A stretch of DNA of 64,000 nt from Candidatus Tectimicrobiota bacterium. Its GTDB lineage: Bacteria; JACPUC01. The stretch is from NCBI GenBank assembly GCA_016192455.1, contig JACPUC010000029.1, positions 124,001 through 188,000 on the forward strand. The letters run 5' to 3'. The notes below the pieces were generated by a model, which ran no database searches, was not told the origin of the DNA, and saw nothing but the letters and a program-made list of their open reading frames with translations. This document shows, piece after piece, positions 58,629 through 64,000 of this stretch (the stretch's first letter is position 1; the number at the start of each line of letters is the position of its first letter). The translations under genes and the position numbers were made by a program.

Positions 58629-59798
58629 CTACTTCTTCAGATTCGTCCACTCGCCGTTCTTCACCTCCATGATGTAGATTTCCTTCGCCATGTCGCCGTT
58701 CGGCTGCATGCTGCTCATGCCGGACACGCCCTTGTAATCCTTCAGGTTCGTCCACCAGTCACGAATCTTGGCGCGATCCTCGGCCAGCTTGGCGGGGTCG
58801 TTCGTCACGCCGTTCTTCTCGATCGCATCCTTCATGATGAAGAGGTTGTCGTAGATGTTGGCCGAGTAGTGCGGCGGCACCTTGCCCGCGGCTCTCTCCT
58901 TGTAACGCTTCACGAAGGACTGGACGCGCGGGTCCGGGTTGTCCGGCCAGAAGGATTGGGCGGCCATGGTCCCCTCCACCGCCGCCTTGCCAAGCCGCGT
59001 ATAGGCCGGGGAGATCGAGCCGATGCCGACGTAGAGCGGCACCTTGACCTCGATGCGGCGCAGCTCCCGCGCCATGTTCGAGGCCTCGTAGTGCAGCGCC
59101 GGCATCACTACTCCCTCGGCGTTTGACGCCTTGATGGCGACTCCTTGAGGGGAGAAATCGAGGTTGCCGGTCTGGAAGGTCTGCTGCGTCACGACCTCGA
59201 CGCCGTACTTCTTGAAGATACCAGGGAAGACCGTTGTCGCCTCGGTCTTGGAGAGGAAATCCGCGCTGTCATAGGCCATCGCCAGCCGCTTGATGTTGTA
59301 GCGCTCGATCCAGGACTTGAAGGCTGGTTCGTGGAGACGCTCGCTGGTCAGGACGTTGCGGAAGGTCCAGGGGCGATTGCGCTCGGTGATGCCCGGCGCG
59401 GCCGAGGCGGAGGAGACGGCCACGATGCCGATGCGGTTGGCCACCGGGAAGGCGACCTCGCAGAGGGCGCTGATGTACGGACCGAGGACGCCCAGCACCT
59501 TGTCGCTGTTGGCCACGCGACGCATGAGGTTGATCGCCTGCTCCTGGCGGCTGGCGTCATCGTACTTGAAGATCTTCAGGGGCAACCCGCCGATGCCGCC
59601 GGCGGCGTTGATATCCTCCATGGCGAGCTCGACGGCGATCTCGTTATCCTTGCCGAGCGGCGAGCCCCAACCGGTGAACGGGTTTATGTAGCCGATCTTG
59701 ACCTCCGTGCCCATCAGCTTGGCGGCGGCGCTGTGAGCGCTCATCATCAGAGCGACGACGGCAAGGATCACCACCATGAAACGGAACTTCTGCTGCAT
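58629..59798 (-). CDS. ABC transporter substrate-binding protein (LivJ family), paralog of 18682..19845
   Basis: EVKIGY, INAAGGIGGLP, RNRPWTFRN; ATG 59798 after AGGAGG. Confidence 0.9.
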   Translation of the reverse strand: MQQKFRFMVVILAVVALMMSAHSAAAKLMGTEVKIGYINPFTGWGSPLGKDNEIAVELAMEDINAAGGIGGLPLKIFKYDDASRQEQAINLMRRVANSDKVLGVLGPYISALCEVAFPVANRIGIVAVSSASAAPGITERNRPWTFRNVLTSERLHEPAFKSWIERYNIKRLAMAYDSADFLSKTEATTVFPGIFKKYGVEVVTQQTFQTGNLDFSPQGVAIKASNAEGVVMPALHYEASNMARELRRIEVKVPLYVGIGSISPAYTRLGKAAVEGTMAAQSFWPDNPDPRVQSFVKRYKERAAGKVPPHYSANIYDNLFIMKDAIEKNGVTNDPAKLAEDRAKIRDWWTNLKDYKGVSGMSSMQPNGDMAKEIYIMEVKNGEWTNLKK

Positions 59799-60274
59799 CT
59801 GGTTTCCTCCTGCTGCAGAGCTCAAGAATGCGACGTCCGCTGCGGCTGCGGAACGTTCTCGCAGACCATCGGACTCGCTGCCGAGGCGCCTTGCAACCGC
59901 TCGCCGCGCGCGTTCTCCGCGAAGGTGGCGCGAACAGAGCACGGCGAGCATACCACGCTTTCAGGCTCTAGACTAGCCGCGGCCCGCCGACCACGCGTCG
60001 GCAGCTCCAGGATGCCATGGTCGAGGTCGCCAGGCGCGCCTCTTGCCACGCCAGCGGCTCTCTCCCAACCGCGCATCCCTTCGTTCGCCGCGCCGGCCGC
60101 TCCCTTCGAGCGCGCGACCCCGGCGCAGGAAACGCTGCGCCTCTTCACTATACAGTATCTTTGTCAACGTGGGAATCGTGGAGGGACGGCAACGCGGCGG
60201 GGAGCGCGCCGCGGAGGCATCTCCACCGGAGACAGACCTGGGCGGCAGTTTCCCGCCGTGGGGAAGTGCTGTCC

Positions 60275-61297
60275 CTACGACGCATCGCGGCGAGAGGGCT
60301 GCGCCTCGTCGATCACGAGCCTGCCTGCATCAAGCACCTGGCAGCCGTCCAGCCAGAGCGAGCAGCGCCGCATCGGCATGTCGAGGTGGCAGGGGGTATG
60401 GCGGCTGCCGCCGGCATCGGTGTTGGGTCCCGTGGAGAACTGGAAGTTGCCGAGGAAGGAGCGGGAGTCCATGCCGCGCGTCGTCGGCTCCAGATTGAGG
60501 GCGTTCCAGACGGCGCGCTCGTCGAGCCCCCAGCCGAGGTGGGAGACGGCGTAGCCTTCCGGGTCGTTCCAGCTTCGCAGGTAGGCGTCGAGGAGCTCGG
60601 CGTCGGGCCCGCCCTCGATGGCGCGGAGGTACCCTTTCTCGATCCGCAGGCTGACGGGGTGCGCGAGGTAGCGCCGCAGCGGCCAGACGAGGTCGCCGGT
60701 GTCGAGGACGACCGTGCCTTCGGCGTCGCCTTCATTCGGCCAGGTGTAGAGGAAGGTGGAGGGCCAGTGATCCCAGCGCCCCGGCTGATCGGTGTAGCCG
60801 TACTGCGTAATGACCGGATACTGGGTGATGGCGGCGCGGAAATCGGTGCCCGCCTCCGAGGCGAGGCGCAGCTCCTTCGCCTGCCGCAAGAGTTCCGCGC
60901 CTTGCTCCACGCGGCGCCGCTGCCGGGGGGTCGGGAAGAGGCGGCTGAGGATTTCGGGCGGCTCAAGGATGAGGAGCATGCGCGCGCCGGCCTGTAAAAT
61001 CTCCACTTGCTCGGGCGAGTGCAGGATGAAGTGGTGATCGATGACCATATCGGCCCGTTTCAGCGTCTCGACGACGAGGGGAAGATGGGCGAGGGGGCGG
61101 CCGGGAAGCGCCCCGCCTCCCTCCGGCAGGACCACCTGGAAGACGCGCGCCCCGAGCGCTTGCGCCGCGGTCAGGGAGGCCTCGACGTAGGCCGGGTTGC
61201 TGCGGGGCCCGGCAACCACCACCACGGACTCCTCCAGCCGCATCCGGCAGAGCTCGAACTCCGCCTGGAACAGGCGATGGAGCTGCTCTTGATTCAT
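60275..61297 (-). CDS. nicX: 2,5-dihydroxypyridine 5,6-dioxygenase-like protein
   Basis: LHSPEQ..IL, EPPE.L.R, QYP, PGRWDHWPS.F..TWPNE, SH.GWGL, STGPNT, TPCHLD closely follow NicX as recalled. Confidence 0.85.
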   Translation of the reverse strand: MNQEQLHRLFQAEFELCRMRLEESVVVVAGPRSNPAYVEASLTAAQALGARVFQVVLPEGGGALPGRPLAHLPLVVETLKRADMVIDHHFILHSPEQVEILQAGARMLLILEPPEILSRLFPTPRQRRRVEQGAELLRQAKELRLASEAGTDFRAAITQYPVITQYGYTDQPGRWDHWPSTFLYTWPNEGDAEGTVVLDTGDLVWPLRRYLAHPVSLRIEKGYLRAIEGGPDAELLDAYLRSWNDPEGYAVSHLGWGLDERAVWNALNLEPTTRGMDSRSFLGNFQFSTGPNTDAGGSRHTPCHLDMPMRRCSLWLDGCQVLDAGRLVIDEAQPSRRDAS

Positions 61298-61324
61298 GCA
61301 CCCTCCGGCGTCGCGGCGGCCCCT

Positions 61325-61987
61325 TCACAAGCGGGTCGCGGGCTCCGCGGCGGCATGCTCCGCGGCGAGGCGGTTGAACGCCTGGCGCGAGCGCTCGTGC
61401 AGATCGAGCACCTTGAACACGGTCCGGCGCACGCGCTGCTGGCTCGCCGCATCGTTCGCAAAGAGCTGGATGGCTGTCCGCCCCAGCCTCACATGGAACT
61501 CCTCGTCAGGATGGAACTCCTCGAAGAGGTCCTTCCACGCGCCGCCGAGGCGATGCCGGTAGTGCTTCTGGTTCTCGATGGCCACGAGCTCGCTGGCGAA
61601 GTTGTGGCCGGACAGCCGATCCAGGAAATCGCCCAGCTCCTCGATGTAGCGGTAGACGTTCCGCCACTCCGCATAGGGCGCGTAGTCCTCCTGGTACTCC
61701 CCTTCCGTCTGCAGGAGGCTGCGGATGCGCAGGAAGTGCTTCGCCTCGTCGGCCACCTGGCGGGCCACCCCCATGCGCAGGTTCGTGTCGGGAATGGTCT
61801 CCAGCCAGGAGCCGAGCACCGGCACCGACCACGCCTCGGTCCAGCAGGAGCGGCGCAGGCGCTCATACTTCTCCCACGCCTGCGGCGCCTGGTCCGGCGT
61901 CAGACGCTGCGCATCACGCTGACGCCATCCTGCCATGCGTTCCAGGCATTCCTCTTCAAGCTGCCGGAGGAACTCGGTGCCGTTCAT
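61325..61987 (-). CDS. Ferritin-like diiron protein (paralog 2)
   Basis: E...DEAKH...E...DEEFH four-helix ligand pattern. Confidence 0.75.
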   Translation of the reverse strand: MNGTEFLRQLEEECLERMAGWRQRDAQRLTPDQAPQAWEKYERLRRSCWTEAWSVPVLGSWLETIPDTNLRMGVARQVADEAKHFLRIRSLLQTEGEYQEDYAPYAEWRNVYRYIEELGDFLDRLSGHNFASELVAIENQKHYRHRLGGAWKDLFEEFHPDEEFHVRLGRTAIQLFANDAASQQRVRRTVFKVLDLHERSRQAFNRLAAEHAAAEPATRL

Positions 61988-62205
61988 ACGAGCCTCTCTT
62001 TCTCATCGCTGCTTCACCGCGCAGGGTGAAGCGAGGGGGAAGAAACCTCAGCGCGCAAGGGAATCCCACAGACCGGCGGCGGCGCTCCTCCCTGCCGCGC
62101 GCGGCCGCGCGCGGCGGTTGATGCCTGCACGCCAGCAGCCTCTGATGCAACCTGACCGGCTCCTCGTCAAATCCCGCCCAGGCTGCCCCCGCCCAGGCTA
62201 CCTGC

Positions 62206-62862
62206 TCAGCTTGTGCGGGGCGCCGGCAAGCCCAGGCGTTCATTCAGCTCGCGCATCGCGTCGACCGAGAGTTTCTGCTGCAAGGCGGAGATGTCCCGCA
62301 AGCGCTGCTGAACCTCCGGTGTGGTGGCGTACTTCTCCAGGATGGCGCGCCCGAACTCGTGGTGCTCCTCTTCGTCTTCAATCTGGGGAGCGGCGATGTC
62401 CCGCAGATGGGGATCGGCGCCGTTCGCCGCCAGCTTGAAGAAGAGCACGGCCTTCGGCTCGCCGCCGTAGTTCTCCGCGGCAATTTTCTCCAGCGCCGTG
62501 GGGGCATTCTCCTGGTTATCGAAGTAGCGCTTCCAGGAGGGGACCGGCGTGTAGGCCGCGGGGTCGAAGTCCACCCCCAACTCCAGGAGCTTGCGCCGCT
62601 CGATCTCGTAGTGGCTCGCCTCCTCATGGCATTGCTCGGCCAGCCCCAGCTTCAGGTCCCACTGCTGCATGGGCGTGTTGAGGAAGTGCTTGGCGTTGTG
62701 CAGGCAGCTCCGCCACTCCGCGTAGGCGTAATGCTTCAGCACCTCGATGAGCTGCTGGCGCGGCCACACCTTGTTGGCCCAGGCTTCGCTCAATGGACGC
62801 GCCGCCTCGAGCAAGGCCGCCACCTTCTCCTCCATCTCCGACGCAAACTCGTTGCCAGTCAT
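62206..62862 (-). CDS. Ferritin-like diiron protein (paralog 1)
   Basis: E...EEASH...E...DEEEH ligand pattern. Confidence 0.75.
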   Translation of the reverse strand: MTGNEFASEMEEKVAALLEAARPLSEAWANKVWPRQQLIEVLKHYAYAEWRSCLHNAKHFLNTPMQQWDLKLGLAEQCHEEASHYEIERRKLLELGVDFDPAAYTPVPSWKRYFDNQENAPTALEKIAAENYGGEPKAVLFFKLAANGADPHLRDIAAPQIEDEEEHHEFGRAILEKYATTPEVQQRLRDISALQQKLSVDAMRELNERLGLPAPRTS

Positions 62863-63026
62863 GCTGGACCCCCCATGAACGTGTCACGAGCAGAGGCGAG
62901 CGCCTGCGGCTGGCGTGCCCGCTCAAGGAGGCTCGGAGTGCCAGCCATTGGCGCCCCCCCGGCTCCTCGCGGCGCCGGCTCGCAGGCATGGCTTAACGCG
63001 AGAAGCAAGGACCGGCCTGCATCTCC

Positions 63027-64000
63027 TCACGCCGCTTCCGCCAGGTTCTCCCTCGCCTCCTTGATTGCCCGCAGGATGCCCTCCGGCGTCAGAGGAGAGG
63101 AGCGCAGGCGGACGCCGAAGGGTGCCAGGGCATCCTCCACGGCCCCGAGGATGGCGCCGCACGCCCCGATCGTGCCTCCCTCCCCCGCCCCCTTCACCCC
63201 AAGCGGGCTGAGCGGCGACGGGGTCTCTTGGTGCAGGATGGCGACCGAGGGCACCTCGCACGCCGAGGGCATGGTGAAGTCCATCAGGCTGGCGGAGAGA
63301 TATTGCCCCTGTTCGTCGTAGACCATGCGCTCGTAGAGCGTCTCGCCGATGCCGTGCGCGATGCCCCCCATGACTTGCCCCTCGACGATCATCGGGTTCA
63401 GCATCACGCCGCAGTCGTGGACGGCGGCGTAGCGCAGCACGCGCACCTCCCCGCTTCCGGCATCAACCTCCACCACCGCCGCCTGCGCGCCGCTCGCCCA
63501 CGCCTCGTCCTGCGGCTCGTAGAAGGCTGTCTCCTCAAGCCCCGCCTGGGCGCGCACCAGACTCTCGATGCTCACCGAGCGCTGCGGGCTGCCGCGCACC
63601 CTGAAGCGCCGCTCGGTGAAGCGCTCCCGGGGGCGCGGATGCCTGGCGACGCCGTCCTCCTGGATCAGCTCCAGGTCCTCCGGGCGCGCCTCGAGCTGCG
63701 CCGCCGCCAGCTCGCCCAGCCGTCGCATAAGCTGCCGGCAGGCGAAGCTCGTGGCCGTGGCGGCGACGGTTGCAATACGGCTGGCGTAGGCGCCGGCCCC
63801 CTTGCTGATCATCGCCGTATCCCCGGCGACCACCGTGACGTCCTCGAACGGCATGTCGAGTTCGGCCGCGCAGACCTGGGCGAGGGTGGTGAGGGAACCC
63901 TGCCCCTGCGTCGCCGCGCCGGTGAAGACCGTGGCCTTGCCGGCGCTGTCGAGGACGAGGCGGGCGCCCTCATACGGGCCCATGCCGGTGGCTTCGACGC
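63027..64000 (-). CDS. Xanthine dehydrogenase/CoxL-like molybdopterin subunit, C-terminal part (runs off the window)
   Basis: QGQG, GAYASR, HDCG.MLNP.IVEGQ, GVKGAGEGG. Confidence 0.9.
   Translation of the reverse strand, partial: VEATGMGPYEGARLVLDSAGKATVFTGAATQGQGSLTTLAQVCAAELDMPFEDVTVVAGDTAMISKGAGAYASRIATVAATATSFACRQLMRRLGELAAAQLEARPEDLELIQEDGVARHPRPRERFTERRFRVRGSPQRSVSIESLVRAQAGLEETAFYEPQDEAWASGAQAAVVEVDAGSGEVRVLRYAAVHDCGVMLNPMIVEGQVMGGIAHGIGETLYERMVYDEQGQYLSASLMDFTMPSACEVPSVAILHQETPSPLSPLGVKGAGEGGTIGACGAILGAVEDALAPFGVRLRSSPLTPEGILRAIKEARENLAEAA

Noticed and set aside
63027-64000. Calling the partial Mo subunit a true CO dehydrogenase CoxL
   Set aside because: The diagnostic active-site loop lies outside the window, and the context favours a heterocycle hydroxylase

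Overview
GC-rich bacterial chromosomal segment; the gene content resembles a metabolically versatile Deltaproteobacteria/Tectomicrobia-like uncultured lineage, but taxonomy cannot be fixed from this window. Left end: a minus-strand 4-hydroxybenzoyl-CoA-reductase-like Mo/FAD/FeS trio followed by a divergent IorAB pair (iorA has an in-frame TGA), with a perfect FNR box upstream. Middle: hybrid kinase, radical SAM/SPASM protein with an inserted domain, ParA/MinD-like orphan, secreted repeat protein, nagZ, kdsD, the conserved tmk-holB-PSP1-metG-tatD/rSAM block, tldD-pmbA, pfpI, ilvE. At 39-45.5 kb there is a mosaic accessory patch: an ABC-ATPase/TOPRIM-like pair, two gene remnants, an apparent stand-alone small transcript, a nitrilase and an AT-rich pentapeptide/channel gene. 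Then come CoA ligases, envelope genes and tRNA-Arg(CCG). Right end: a pyridine-catabolism-like cluster (Mo hydroxylase, two ferritin-like diiron paralogs, nicX, SBP, Crp/Fnr, amidohydrolase). Most notable: (1) a family of CTGC-bounded, non-coding, modular hairpin elements with variable REP cargo; (2) a ~220-nt promoter-SD-miniORF-hairpins-terminator unit; (3) a nicX cluster in which a ferritin-like pair sits where a ring monooxygenase is expected. No CRISPR array, rRNA, integrase or transposase was found. All family assignments come from motif recognition, not database searches.
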